Source: Arenicellales bacterium (GTDB lineage: Bacteria; Pseudomonadota; Gammaproteobacteria; BMS3Bbin11). Taken from it: a stretch of DNA of 64,000 bases. The notes beneath the pieces were generated by a model. That model was not told the DNA's origin and ran no database searches. It saw nothing but the letters and a program-made list of their open reading frames with translations. Numbering within the stretch: position 1 is the first letter of the stretch; the number at the start of each line of letters is the position of its first letter. The translations under genes and the position numbers were made by a program. Below are positions 40,398 to 50,013 of the stretch, one piece after another. The DNA is taken from positions 10,224 through 74,223 of the forward strand of contig JBLYYR010000111.1 in the NCBI GenBank assembly GCA_048550195.1, given 5' to 3'.

Positions 40398-41912
40398 ATG
40401 TGCGGGATAATCGGGATTTTTGCGCAGGGGAGTGTCAATCAATCCCTCTATGACGGGCTAACGGTATTGCAACACCGTGGCCAGGATGCAGCAGGTATTG
40501 TAACCAGTGATGGCGATCGCCTGTGTATGCGCAAGGATAATGGACTGGTGCGTGATGTCTTTCATACACGGCATATGCTCGGTCTGGAGGGGAACATGGG
40601 GATCGGGCATGTCAGATACCCAACCGCTGGATGTGATTCACGTTCTGAGGCACAACCCTTTTATGTCAATTCTCCATTCGGTGTGGCGCTAGGCCATAAC
40701 GGTAACCTGACCAATGCTATGGAGTTGCAGAAGGAACTGTTTCGGGATGATCTGCGCCACCTCAATACCAATTCTGATTCTGAAGTACTGCTGAATATTT
40801 TTGCGCATGAACTGTATCAATCCTCCAGCCTTCAACTGGGGCCGCAAGATGTCTTTAAGGCAGTTTCTGCTGTACATAAACGTGTCAGGGGTGCCTACTC
40901 TGTCGTGGCCCTGATTGTGGGGCAGGGGATACTTGCCTTTCGTGATCCATACGGAATCCGCCCGCTGATCTACGGTAGTCGTAACACGGCGAAAGGCCCG
41001 GAACACATCGTTGCGTCTGAAAGTGTAGCACTGGACGTACTCGGATACGATGTTGTACGTGATGTAGCACCGGGTGAAGCCATTTTTATTGATATGCAGG
41101 GGACTGTCCACACACGGCAGTGTGCTGAAAATAGCCAGGTATCCCCCTGTATTTTCGAATTTGTCTATATGTCGCGCCCTGATTCACTGATGGATGGGAT
41201 CTCAGTTCATAAAACCCGTTTGCGGACAGGTGTCTATCTGGGAAAGAAAATCAAACGTGAATGGCCGGATACAAAGATTGATGTGGTAATTCCTATTCCG
41301 GATACCAGCCGGACATCGGCCATCCAGTTAGCCAAACAATTAAAAGTAACTTACCGGGAAGGGTTTATCAAAAATCGTTACATAGGCAGGACATTTATCA
41401 TGCCCGGCCAGGAAGAGCGTATACGTTCTGTTAGAAGAAAGCTCAACCCGATAGATCTTGAATTCAGGGGTAAGAATGTCCTGCTGGTTGATGACTCAAT
41501 TGTGCGAGGTACTACTTCCAGCCAGATCATAAAAATGGCCAGGGATGCCGGGGCCAAACGTGTTTACTTTGCTTCCGCCGCACCGCCTGTCAGGTTCCCG
41601 AATGTTTACGGCATTGACATGCCATCCCCTTCAGAGCTGGTTGCACATAATCGTAACACCGAGGAAATCTGTAATGAGATTGGTGCAGACAAACTCATCT
41701 ATCTTGACCTGAAAGATCTGGTCAAGGCCGCGAAAAAAGGAAACAAAGAAATAACACAGTTCGATACCTCGTGTTTTAATGGTGAATATATTACCGGTGA
41801 TATCGACAAAAATTATCTTGAGATGATTAACCAGTTGCGTAATGATAATGCCCAGTCAAATGATAGTAATGCAAGTCAGACGGAGTTGAGTTTTACCGAC
41901 CAAGATGCCTGA
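40398..41912 (+). CDS. purF: Amidophosphoribosyltransferase
   Basis: The N-terminus is MCGIIGIF, which carries the Ntn cysteine. A PRTase domain with DDSIVRGTT follows. Confidence 0.9.
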   Translation: MCGIIGIFAQGSVNQSLYDGLTVLQHRGQDAAGIVTSDGDRLCMRKDNGLVRDVFHTRHMLGLEGNMGIGHVRYPTAGCDSRSEAQPFYVNSPFGVALGHNGNLTNAMELQKELFRDDLRHLNTNSDSEVLLNIFAHELYQSSSLQLGPQDVFKAVSAVHKRVRGAYSVVALIVGQGILAFRDPYGIRPLIYGSRNTAKGPEHIVASESVALDVLGYDVVRDVAPGEAIFIDMQGTVHTRQCAENSQVSPCIFEFVYMSRPDSLMDGISVHKTRLRTGVYLGKKIKREWPDTKIDVVIPIPDTSRTSAIQLAKQLKVTYREGFIKNRYIGRTFIMPGQEERIRSVRRKLNPIDLEFRGKNVLLVDDSIVRGTTSSQIIKMARDAGAKRVYFASAAPPVRFPNVYGIDMPSPSELVAHNRNTEEICNEIGADKLIYLDLKDLVKAAKKGNKEITQFDTSCFNGEYITGDIDKNYLEMINQLRNDNAQSNDSNASQTELSFTDQDA

Positions 41913-43104
41913 AAATAATGGTGACAATTCTGATTATAAGATCGCGACCCGTGCGGTTCGCACAGGTCAGGTTCGTTCTCAGGAAGGCGAACATTCTGAT
42001 CCGATATTTCTGACCTCCAGCTATGTATTTAAGAATGCAGCCGATGCCGCGGCCAGGTTTTCTGGAGAAGTAGAAGGAAATATCTATTCACGCTTCACCA
42101 ATCCAACAGTACGTACCTTTGAACAAAGGCTTGCAGCTATGGAAGAAGGGGACTGCTGCGTGGCGACAGCTACAGGCATGAGCGCTATCGTTGCAACTTG
42201 CATGGGACTGCTGAATGCCGGTGACCATGTGGTAGCGGGGAGAGACCTGTTTGGGTCAACCATTATCCTGTTCAACAACATCCTGACGCGGTTTGGGCTC
42301 AGTTTTACTTATGTGGATTCGGCAGACCCGTCTCAATGGAAAGATGCGGTCCAGGCCAATACTAAAATGCTGTTTCTGGAAACTCCATCCAATCCACTTT
42401 GTAATGTATCTGATATTAATGCAGTAGCGAAGATAGCCCACGAGAATCAGGCCTTGCTGGTGGTAGATAATACATTCTGCACACCGGTGCTGCAGCAGCC
42501 ACTAAAGCTGGGTGCTGATGTGGTAGTCCATTCTTCTACAAAATATATCGATGGCCAGGGTAGAACCATGGGGGGTGCAGTAGTCGGTAGTAAACAGCTG
42601 GTAGGAGAAGGCGTATACAGTTTTCTTCGCAGTGCCGGCCCGTCACTTAGTCCATTCAATGCCTGGGTGCAATTGAAGGGCCTGGAAACACTGACGATTA
42701 GAATGCAGGCACATAGCCGGTATGCATTAGAGGTAGCAAGCTGGTTGGAGGCGCAGCCATCGGTTGAACGAGTCTTTTACCCGGACCTTCATTCACATCC
42801 GCAGCATGCTCTAGCTCAGCGTCAACAGGTTGCGGCGGCAGGTGTCCTTGCCTTTCAGGTTAATGGTGGGCGCGATGAAGCCTGGACAGTGATTGATAGT
42901 ACAAAACTGTTTTCAATCACCGCGAATCTGGGTGATGCGAAATCAACCATCACCCATCCTGCAACAACAACTCACGGGCGTCTGACTATCGAGCAACGGC
43001 AGCAGATGGGAGTGTTTGATAATCTGCTTAGGCTCTCTATTGGTCTGGAAGATGTAGATGATCTGAAAAGGGATCTTCAACGTGGGCTGGATCGACTCAA
43101 CTAG
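41905..43104 (+). CDS. metZ: O-succinylhomoserine sulfhydrylase (Cys/Met-metabolism PLP enzyme)
   Basis: The PLP-lysine motif reads [10 protein letters not shown]. The purF-metZ synteny is typical of Pseudomonas-like genomes. Confidence 0.8.
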   Translation: MPENNGDNSDYKIATRAVRTGQVRSQEGEHSDPIFLTSSYVFKNAADAAARFSGEVEGNIYSRFTNPTVRTFEQRLAAMEEGDCCVATATGMSAIVATCMGLLNAGDHVVAGRDLFGSTIILFNNILTRFGLSFTYVDSADPSQWKDAVQANTKMLFLETPSNPLCNVSDINAVAKIAHENQALLVVDNTFCTPVLQQPLKLGADVVVHSSTKYIDGQGRTMGGAVVGSKQLVGEGVYSFLRSAGPSLSPFNAWVQLKGLETLTIRMQAHSRYALEVASWLEAQPSVERVFYPDLHSHPQHALAQRQQVAAAGVLAFQVNGGRDEAWTVIDSTKLFSITANLGDAKSTITHPATTTHGRLTIEQRQQMGVFDNLLRLSIGLEDVDDLKRDLQRGLDRLN

Positions 43105-43120
43105 TCTGGTTTAAGAGCCG

Positions 43121-44461
43121 ATGGACCTGGTAGAAAAAGCAAAGCAGTTCGCTACCTCCGCACACAAGCGCATAAATCACCTGCGCAAATATAATAATCA
43201 GCCCTATACTGTCCATCTTTCTACAGTGGCTAATATTGTTGCCTCAGTGACAGATGACAAGGAAATGATTGCTGCTGCCTGGCTGCATGACGTTGTAGAA
43301 GATACACCTGCCACGCTTTACGATGTGGAAAAGGAGTTTGGCAGTAATGTTGCTGAGTTGGTCGAAAACCTGACAGACATCAGTAAGCCGGGGGATGGTA
43401 ATCGACAGTTACGAAAAGCGATAGACAAACAGCATATCAGCAGGGCAAGTCAGCGTGCGAAAACGATCAAGCTGGCCGATTTAATCGATAATGCCAACGA
43501 CATATGCCAGCATGACGTTGAATTTGGCCAACTGTACTTACAGGAAATGAACGCATTACTGGAAGTGCTTGATGAAGGCGATACTGCACTCTATAAGCGG
43601 GCATGGAAAACGCACCACAAGTGCACGCAAAAACTGGAAAATACAGGAAAGGCTGAAACTCAACCAGATAAGAACAAAACACCCCTTCTCCCTGAACAGA
43701 ATGGTAATAAACATTTGTTCAGGCTGTTCTCAGAAGCCTTTACTGCACACCACCTTGCTGAATCCGTTCGATCATTTGATGCTTCTCGCCCCTGTAAAGA
43801 AGTGCAGGCTATGATGGAGCTTCACCATCTTGATATAGTTTGTTTAAGGGAGCAGGGAAAAATAGTGGGTTATGCACGCCATGATGATCTTATTGGCCGG
43901 ACATGTCGGGAAAACATGCGAAGCTTCAGAGATGGGCAGGTCGTTTCAGGAGACAGCCCTTTTTCGGATGTCATTCATGTACTCACCTTACAGGAATACG
44001 GATTTATCTCTATCCTGGGTGATATAGCAGGCGCCTTCAGTCGTGAGGACATCAATAAGCCGGTTGCCAGGATGTGGCTGTTTGGCATCATTACCTTTGT
44101 TGAAATGAATGTGAATAAAGTAATTTCTCTTCATTTCCCAGGAGACTGCTGGCAGTCAGCCCTTACAGAAGAAAGAATACAGCAGGCTAAGGGCCTGCAG
44201 GCAGAGCGTAATCGCCGAGGACAGCATTGTAGTTTGCTTGACTGTATCCAGCTGTCAGACAAAGGAAAGATTGTTATCAGTAAGGAAGAAACGCTGAAAA
44301 TGATGGGGCTGGAGTCAAGAAGGTCAGCAAAAAAAATCATACGTGAGATGGAGTCTCTGCGTAACAATCTGGCCCACGCGCAGGATATTGTGACCTATGA
44401 CTGGGGGCAGATAGTCAGGCTTACCAATCGTCTTGAAGAGACGTTGGGTAGCAGGGCTTAA
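43121..44461 (+). CDS. Multidomain protein joining an N-terminal Rel/SpoT-type (p)ppGpp-hydrolase HD domain, a central CBS-like pair and a C-terminal HEPN-like module
   Basis: Residues 1-190 read YTVHLSTVANIVAS...AAAWLHDVVEDT...EFGSNVAELVENLTDISK, the SpoT hydrolase signature. Residues about 210-320 show two CBS-like units (HHLDIVCLREQGKIVGYARHDDLIG and GFISILGDIAGAFSREDINKP). The C-terminus ends ...MESLRNNLAHAQDIV, which carries the Rx4H motif of HEPN domains. Confidence 0.6.
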   Translation: MDLVEKAKQFATSAHKRINHLRKYNNQPYTVHLSTVANIVASVTDDKEMIAAAWLHDVVEDTPATLYDVEKEFGSNVAELVENLTDISKPGDGNRQLRKAIDKQHISRASQRAKTIKLADLIDNANDICQHDVEFGQLYLQEMNALLEVLDEGDTALYKRAWKTHHKCTQKLENTGKAETQPDKNKTPLLPEQNGNKHLFRLFSEAFTAHHLAESVRSFDASRPCKEVQAMMELHHLDIVCLREQGKIVGYARHDDLIGRTCRENMRSFRDGQVVSGDSPFSDVIHVLTLQEYGFISILGDIAGAFSREDINKPVARMWLFGIITFVEMNVNKVISLHFPGDCWQSALTEERIQQAKGLQAERNRRGQHCSLLDCIQLSDKGKIVISKEETLKMMGLESRRSAKKIIREMESLRNNLAHAQDIVTYDWGQIVRLTNRLEETLGSRA

Positions 44462-44542
44462 ACAAGATAAGGGATAAAAGATAAAAGACAAAAGAGAAAT
44501 CTTTGCAATCTTTATCGTCCTAAGTGCTTGGCCCTGCCTTCG

Positions 44543-45931
44543 TTAGATAACCTTCGAAAAACGCTTTTCCTGATTGTCTTTCAGGTGTGCGTCAAAGGTC
44601 ATGCATATGTTTCGTATGAGTAATCTTCCAGCAGGCAGAACGGTGATGCTGCTGTCATTAATTTGCAGCAGTTCGTCATCCTGCATAACTTCGAGTCGAG
44701 ATAACTCATTGCTAAAATAGTCTGCAAAATTAATATTGTACTTTTTCCCGAACTTTTCCATCTCCAGTCTGAAGTTACAGATAAGCTGGCTTATCAGATC
44801 CCGGCGTAACAGGTCATCGTCTGTGAGGATGAGACCTCGCATGAGCGGTAATTTATTTTCATCAATCATCTGATAGTAGGATTCTTCATCACGCACATTC
44901 TGGCTGTAGATATTATTAACCTGTGAAATGGCCGTGACGCCCATTGCCACCATGTCGCAATCTGCATGTGTGGAGTAGCCCTGGAAGTTTCTGTATAAGC
45001 GCCCCTTGTCCTGGGCAATGACCAGTTCATCATCCGGTTTGGCAAAGTGGTCCATACCGACGTAGACATAGCCTTTTTCGGTCAGGTACTGGATGACTGA
45101 CTGCAGTATCTCCAGCTTTTCAGCAGCGGAGGGTAAGTCATCTTCATTAATGCGTCGCTGCGGCATAAACAGGGTAGGCAGGTGGGCATAATTGAACACG
45201 GACAGCCTGTCAGGATCAACCTGCATGATTTTATCCAGTGTGGCAAGAAAGCTTTCAACCGTTTGAAAGGGCAGACCATAAATCAAGTCTACACTGACAG
45301 ACTTAAATTTGGCTTCGCGGGCGGCATTAATTGCTGCAAAGGTAATTTCTTCACTTTGTATGCGATTGACGGCCTTCTGCACTTTGGCATCAAAATCCTG
45401 TACACCGAGACTGAGACGATTAAAGCCGATGTCGCGCAGGAAATGCACCCCGTCAGCAGTGATTTCTCTGGGATCTATTTCTATTGAGTACTCACCTTTA
45501 TCATCAGCCATCAGAGAGAAATGCTGACCCGTTTTTTCCATTAAGCGTCGCATCTGATCGTGACTTAGAAAGGTAGGTGTGCCACCACCCCAGTGTAATT
45601 GATCGACAGGACGGGATCTGTCGTACAGCGCCCCCTGCATTTCTATTTCGCGGTAAAGATGATCCAGATAGGGTGTGGCCCGGTCACGTCGTTTGGTCAC
45701 AATCTTGTTGCAGGCACAGTAAAAGCAGACGGTGTCACAAAAGGGGATGTGGAAATAAAGGGAAAGTGGCTTTGGCTTTGCCTCTTTGTTGCTTCGGTCA
45801 GCTGCAGCCCGGTAATCATCGGCTGAGAAACTGTCATTAAAAAGGTTGGCCGTGGGGTAGGAGGTATAACGAGGCCCTGCCTTATCGTAGCGCTTGATTA
45901 AGTCTGGTTTGAATTCGATCTTCTGTTCCAT
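44543..45931 (-). CDS. hemN: Oxygen-independent coproporphyrinogen III oxidase (radical SAM)
   Basis: The radical-SAM CxxxCxxC motif is HIPFCDTVCFYCAC. The HemN C-terminal domain is present. Confidence 0.85.
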   Translation of the reverse strand: MEQKIEFKPDLIKRYDKAGPRYTSYPTANLFNDSFSADDYRAAADRSNKEAKPKPLSLYFHIPFCDTVCFYCACNKIVTKRRDRATPYLDHLYREIEMQGALYDRSRPVDQLHWGGGTPTFLSHDQMRRLMEKTGQHFSLMADDKGEYSIEIDPREITADGVHFLRDIGFNRLSLGVQDFDAKVQKAVNRIQSEEITFAAINAAREAKFKSVSVDLIYGLPFQTVESFLATLDKIMQVDPDRLSVFNYAHLPTLFMPQRRINEDDLPSAAEKLEILQSVIQYLTEKGYVYVGMDHFAKPDDELVIAQDKGRLYRNFQGYSTHADCDMVAMGVTAISQVNNIYSQNVRDEESYYQMIDENKLPLMRGLILTDDDLLRRDLISQLICNFRLEMEKFGKKYNINFADYFSNELSRLEVMQDDELLQINDSSITVLPAGRLLIRNICMTFDAHLKDNQEKRFSKVI

Positions 45932-45942
45932 TATTACTACCC

Positions 45943-46192
45943 CGAATGTAATCTAGCCGACATTCAGCTAGTCTGTGCTTGTTCATGGCGAGGAGCCTAA
46001 CGCCGCTGTAGCTATTCTACAGCAAGTTTCGACAACGATGTTCATGTGCAAGCACAGACTAGCCCGGAGGGCGCCCCAATAATGTTCAGTTTTTTGTTGC
46101 GACTCTTGCTAAGGACTCGGTCATTCGTGGCGGGCCGCGCCTCAATCTGAATCATTATTGGGGCCCTGAATGTAGGCTAGATTACATTCAGG
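45943..46192. repeat. 250-bp block of nested inverted repeats (a MITE-like or structured-RNA element) in the divergent hemN promoter region
   Basis: The outer inverted repeat pairs 45943-45967 (cgaatgtaatctagccgacattcag) with 46165-46192. One inner inverted repeat pairs ctagtctgtgcttg (45968-45981) with caagcacagactag (46049-46062). A second inner one pairs gccccaataatg (46073-46084) with cattattggggc (46153-46164). An extra hairpin, gctgtag-ctatt-ctacagc, lies at 46005-46023. Confidence 0.55.
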
Positions 46193-46333
46193 GTAGTTAC
46201 TCCCTGTCAGGGTTTTGTCCCAGAATGTCATTTTCTGGTTGATGATCAGGCTAATAAGAAGGATTATATCACTCAGATATATTTAGCAATAACAGATAAA
46301 CTCGCCACTTCGGCAACTTTTGAGGAAAGCAAT

Positions 46334-47050
46334 ATGTTGTTCATGTTTGTAAGGGTAATTATATTTACTGTTTTAGCCATGTCGTTGACCAGGGCCCTTG
46401 CTTTTGAGACTGAAGTGACTGTCCTGATGTTCAATGAGCAGGACTCACAAAATGAGCCGGGCTATATCTCACGGATATTACTTAGCAAGGACTTCTTACG
46501 TCTGGATGATGGGGAAAACCATGGGGATTTCGCATTATTTGACAGAAAAACCGGGACTATATACAGCGTTAGTCATGAGGATCAGCGTACCCTGGTTATT
46601 CCTCTGCAGCCTGTATTAGCGATTCCGCCAAGACCCTTAAGGCATGATATTGAAGAGCTTGATGCGGGTGGCGTCCCTGACGTGGATGGTAAGAAGGTGT
46701 CGAGGTACTATATGTTTACAAACGGTACCCGCTGTATGGAGGTTTATGCAGTACCCGGTTTTCATGATGATATAACCGATACACTTGCAGCTTTTGCAAT
46801 AACACTGGCGGGTCAGCATGCAAAATCGGTCGATGTCATACCGGACCAGGCTGGCGCTGATTGTGATCTGGCTAATAATATTTTCGAACCAGACCGCTAT
46901 TTGAGCAAAGGATTCCCCGTCAGGCAGAAGGATTTTACGGGACGAACCCGTTCTCTGGTCAATATTAAAGAAAAGGTCATCATTGATTCAACTGTGTTTG
47001 AGCTGCCGGAAGGCTACGAAAGGTTTATGCCTGGCGTTTTTTCAAAGTAG
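46334..47050 (+). CDS. Hypothetical secreted protein or lipoprotein
   Basis: The protein has a signal peptide (MLFMFVRVIIFTVLAMSLTRALA). I recognised no catalytic motif. Its 3' end overlaps the convergent lpxH by 26 bp. Confidence 0.45.
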   Translation: MLFMFVRVIIFTVLAMSLTRALAFETEVTVLMFNEQDSQNEPGYISRILLSKDFLRLDDGENHGDFALFDRKTGTIYSVSHEDQRTLVIPLQPVLAIPPRPLRHDIEELDAGGVPDVDGKKVSRYYMFTNGTRCMEVYAVPGFHDDITDTLAAFAITLAGQHAKSVDVIPDQAGADCDLANNIFEPDRYLSKGFPVRQKDFTGRTRSLVNIKEKVIIDSTVFELPEGYERFMPGVFSK

Positions 47051-47822
47051 CCTGGCTGCGTTCCTCCGTGATATCGATGGTAGCAATCATTGTGTTATCA
47101 GGATAACTGAACAGACTGTATTTAGTTTGATCATGTACAAGGTAATTGCCTTTTTGATACCAGTCACCGAGAACAATTCGGTGTGCTGTTTTACCGCCAA
47201 GCTGGAATTTATGTATCGCTGTTCGATGGGTATGCCCATGGATCAGTAGCCTGACATTATGCTCCTGCATTGCTGCCTCTACCGCAGCCTGGTTAACATC
47301 CATTATCGACTCGAGCTTTTCTTCATTGCCTTTTTGGCTATTCATGCGAAGTTGGCGGGCAAATTCCTCTCGTTCATCAATGGTTTTGGACAGTATGTTG
47401 TTTTTCCATTCATTGCTGCGGCTCATTGCACGGAACTGTTGGTGTGCCACATCATCTGTACACAGGCTGTCACCATGCATTAAAAGGACATCCAGGCCAT
47501 TCAGCCTGAAAACCGTTGGGTCCGGTAGCAGCCAGCTGCTAGCAGACGAGGCGAAGCCAGTGCCAACCAGGAAATCACGGTTGCCGTGCATGAAATAAAG
47601 CTTTGTATTGTGGCCGGCGAGAACAGCCAGACTTTCCGAAATAGCCTGATATCCAGAGTGTTCACAGGCGTCATCTCCCAGCCAGTACTCAAACAGGTCG
47701 CCGAGAATAAAAAGCTGGTCCGCAGCAACCGCTTTGCTGCGGATAAAATCATCAAATAGCTGAATACCCTCGGGGCGACCCGGGTCAAGATGAAGGTCTG
47801 ATATAAATAGACTGGTAGTCAT
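47025..47822 (-). CDS. lpxH: UDP-2,3-diacylglucosamine diphosphatase
   Basis: The sequence LFISDLHLD...ILGDLFEYWLGDD...MHGNRD shows the calcineurin-like metallophosphoesterase motifs of LpxH. Confidence 0.85.
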   Translation of the reverse strand: MTTSLFISDLHLDPGRPEGIQLFDDFIRSKAVAADQLFILGDLFEYWLGDDACEHSGYQAISESLAVLAGHNTKLYFMHGNRDFLVGTGFASSASSWLLPDPTVFRLNGLDVLLMHGDSLCTDDVAHQQFRAMSRSNEWKNNILSKTIDEREEFARQLRMNSQKGNEEKLESIMDVNQAAVEAAMQEHNVRLLIHGHTHRTAIHKFQLGGKTAHRIVLGDWYQKGNYLVHDQTKYSLFSYPDNTMIATIDITEERSQATLKKRQA

Positions 47823-47841
47823 AAATTAATCAAATCTTCCC

Positions 47842-48339
47842 TTAGTCATCGATTTCTTCGACTTTGAGGATGACTACATCCTCTACAGGCACATCTCCAT
47901 GGCCCCCGGAATTGCTGGTAGCGACAGCTGCAATCTTATCGACCACATCCATGCCATCCGTGACCTTGCCAAAGACACAATAGCCCCAGCCCTGCGCGTT
48001 CTTACCGCTGTGGTTAAGAAAGGCATTGTCTTTCAGGTTGATGAAAAACTGGGCTGTCGCAGAATGTGGGTCGTTAGTACGGGCCATGGCGAGTGTGCCA
48101 CGGTCGTTTCCCAGACCATTATCAGCCTCATTTTCAATCGTATCGAGGGTCTGTTTCTGTATCATGCCGGGGTTAAAGCCGCCGCCCTGAATCATGAAGT
48201 TCGGGATAACACGATGAAAAATCGTATTATCAAAAAATTCATCCGCTATGTACTTTTTGAAGTTCTCTACTGTTAGCGGGGCTTTATCGGCATCCAGCTC
48301 AATGGTGATTGTGCCGTAATTCGTTTCCATTTTGATCAT
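47842..48339 (-). CDS. ppiB: Peptidyl-prolyl cis-trans isomerase B (cyclophilin type)
   Basis: The cyclophilin fold is shown by [14 protein letters not shown]...GTLAMAR. The lpxH-ppiB-cysS neighbourhood is conserved. Confidence 0.85.
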   Translation of the reverse strand: MIKMETNYGTITIELDADKAPLTVENFKKYIADEFFDNTIFHRVIPNFMIQGGGFNPGMIQKQTLDTIENEADNGLGNDRGTLAMARTNDPHSATAQFFINLKDNAFLNHSGKNAQGWGYCVFGKVTDGMDVVDKIAAVATSNSGGHGDVPVEDVVILKVEEIDD

Positions 48340-48509
48340 TTGATCTTCATCCTGTAAAAAAACGAAAAATTATAGCATGGGTATGGTTTCTATTAAGTGG
48401 TGATTTTATTTGCCACAGAGGGTTTTCATGACTATTGTGTCTATGGCCTTTCTTTTCCGGTAAAATCTCTGTTTTTTATCGACTTAATTAGAGTTCTGAA
48501 ATCTCCAGC

Positions 48510-49907
48510 ATGCTCAAAATTTATAATAGTCTTACCCGCAAAAAAGAAGTATTCAAACCAATAGTCCCCGGCAAGGTGGGTATCTATGTCTGTGGCATGA
48601 CGGTTTATGATCTGTGCCACATTGGTCATGCCAGAGTCATGGTTGTGTTTGATCTGGTAACCCGCTATTTGCGTGACCGGGGTTTTGAAGTTAACTACGT
48701 ACGAAATATCACTGACATAGATGACAAGATAATCGCCAGAGCAATAGAAAATGGCGAGAGTATTAAAAAACTGACCGGGCGTTTTATTGATGCCATGCAT
48801 GAAGATACAGACCGACTGGGTGTTTTGCGTCCTGATCATGAGCCCCGTGCCACGCGACACATGGATGGCATCATCTCTCTGATTGGCAAGCTGATAGAAA
48901 ACGGCTATGCGTATCAGACGAAATCAGGTGATATCTGCTTTCGTGTGCGGAAGTTTGAGCAATATGGACAATTATCCGGTGAATCGCTGGATGATTTACA
49001 GGCAGGTGCGCGTGTAGACGTCGAAACAGGCAAGGATGATCCACTGGATTTTGTCCTGTGGAAACAGGCCAAGCCCGATGAACCGAGCTGGCAATCGGAG
49101 TGGGGCGATGGTCGTCCCGGCTGGCATATAGAGTGTTCGGCTATGTCGATGGAGGAGCTGGGTGAACATTTCGATATCCACGGAGGCGGTCAGGATCTCC
49201 GCTTCCCGCATCATGAAAATGAGATTGCCCAGTCAGAGTGCGCCACGGGTCATCACTTTGTAAATACCTGGATGCATAATGGTTTTGTCCGTATAGACGA
49301 TGAAAAAATGTCAAAGTCTCTGGATAACTTTTTTACTATCCGTGATGTGCTGGATACTTATCACCCGGAAATCCTGCGCTACTTCATCATTAACAGTCAT
49401 TATCGCAGCCCACTGAACTATAGCGACGAGACACTGGATCAGGCAAAAGCGGCCCTTGAAGGCTACTATCTGGCACTGGATGGACTGGATATTATTAACG
49501 ATGTTGAACTGGATAACGAAATATCAGCACCTTTTCTTTCTGCCATGGATGATGACTTTAATACCCCGGAGGCATTATCTGTGCTGTCCGCACTGCGTCG
49601 TGACATCAATACTGCCCGGCAATCAGGTAATCAGGAGCATGCTACTTTTCTCGCCGGGCAACTCAGGGCACTGGGGGCAATCCTTGGACTATTTCAGCTC
49701 CACCCTATCGCGTTCTTGCGTGGTATTTCAGGAGACAGCCAGTCAGGGGGGCTTTCTAATACGGAGGTCGATGCACTGGTAGACGAGAGAACTCTGGCTC
49801 GCGCCGAGAAAAACTGGGCGCGGGGGGATGAGATCAGGGATATTCTTAATGAGGAAGGCATTGTCCTGGATGACAGCGCGCGTGGCACAAGGTGGCGCAG
49901 GGAGTAG
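48510..49907 (+). CDS. cysS: Cysteine--tRNA ligase
   Basis: The HIGH motif (CHIGHAR), the KMSKS motif and zinc-binding cysteines are present. Confidence 0.9.
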   Translation: MLKIYNSLTRKKEVFKPIVPGKVGIYVCGMTVYDLCHIGHARVMVVFDLVTRYLRDRGFEVNYVRNITDIDDKIIARAIENGESIKKLTGRFIDAMHEDTDRLGVLRPDHEPRATRHMDGIISLIGKLIENGYAYQTKSGDICFRVRKFEQYGQLSGESLDDLQAGARVDVETGKDDPLDFVLWKQAKPDEPSWQSEWGDGRPGWHIECSAMSMEELGEHFDIHGGGQDLRFPHHENEIAQSECATGHHFVNTWMHNGFVRIDDEKMSKSLDNFFTIRDVLDTYHPEILRYFIINSHYRSPLNYSDETLDQAKAALEGYYLALDGLDIINDVELDNEISAPFLSAMDDDFNTPEALSVLSALRRDINTARQSGNQEHATFLAGQLRALGAILGLFQLHPIAFLRGISGDSQSGGLSNTEVDALVDERTLARAEKNWARGDEIRDILNEEGIVLDDSARGTRWRRE

Positions 49908-50013
49908 CAGGCATGGTTTCTGAATTCATGTATAATGCACCGCAAACTTAATGACCCGCCTTGCTTTGTCTGTAGTACGACCACCCAATATCTAGCGAAC
50001 ACAGGTATTAATA

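Noticed and set aside
46236-46250. Possible FNR/Anr box upstream of hemN (ggttgatgatcaggc).
   Set aside because: Only one half-site (TTGAT) matches. The second half is AGGCT, not ATCAA.
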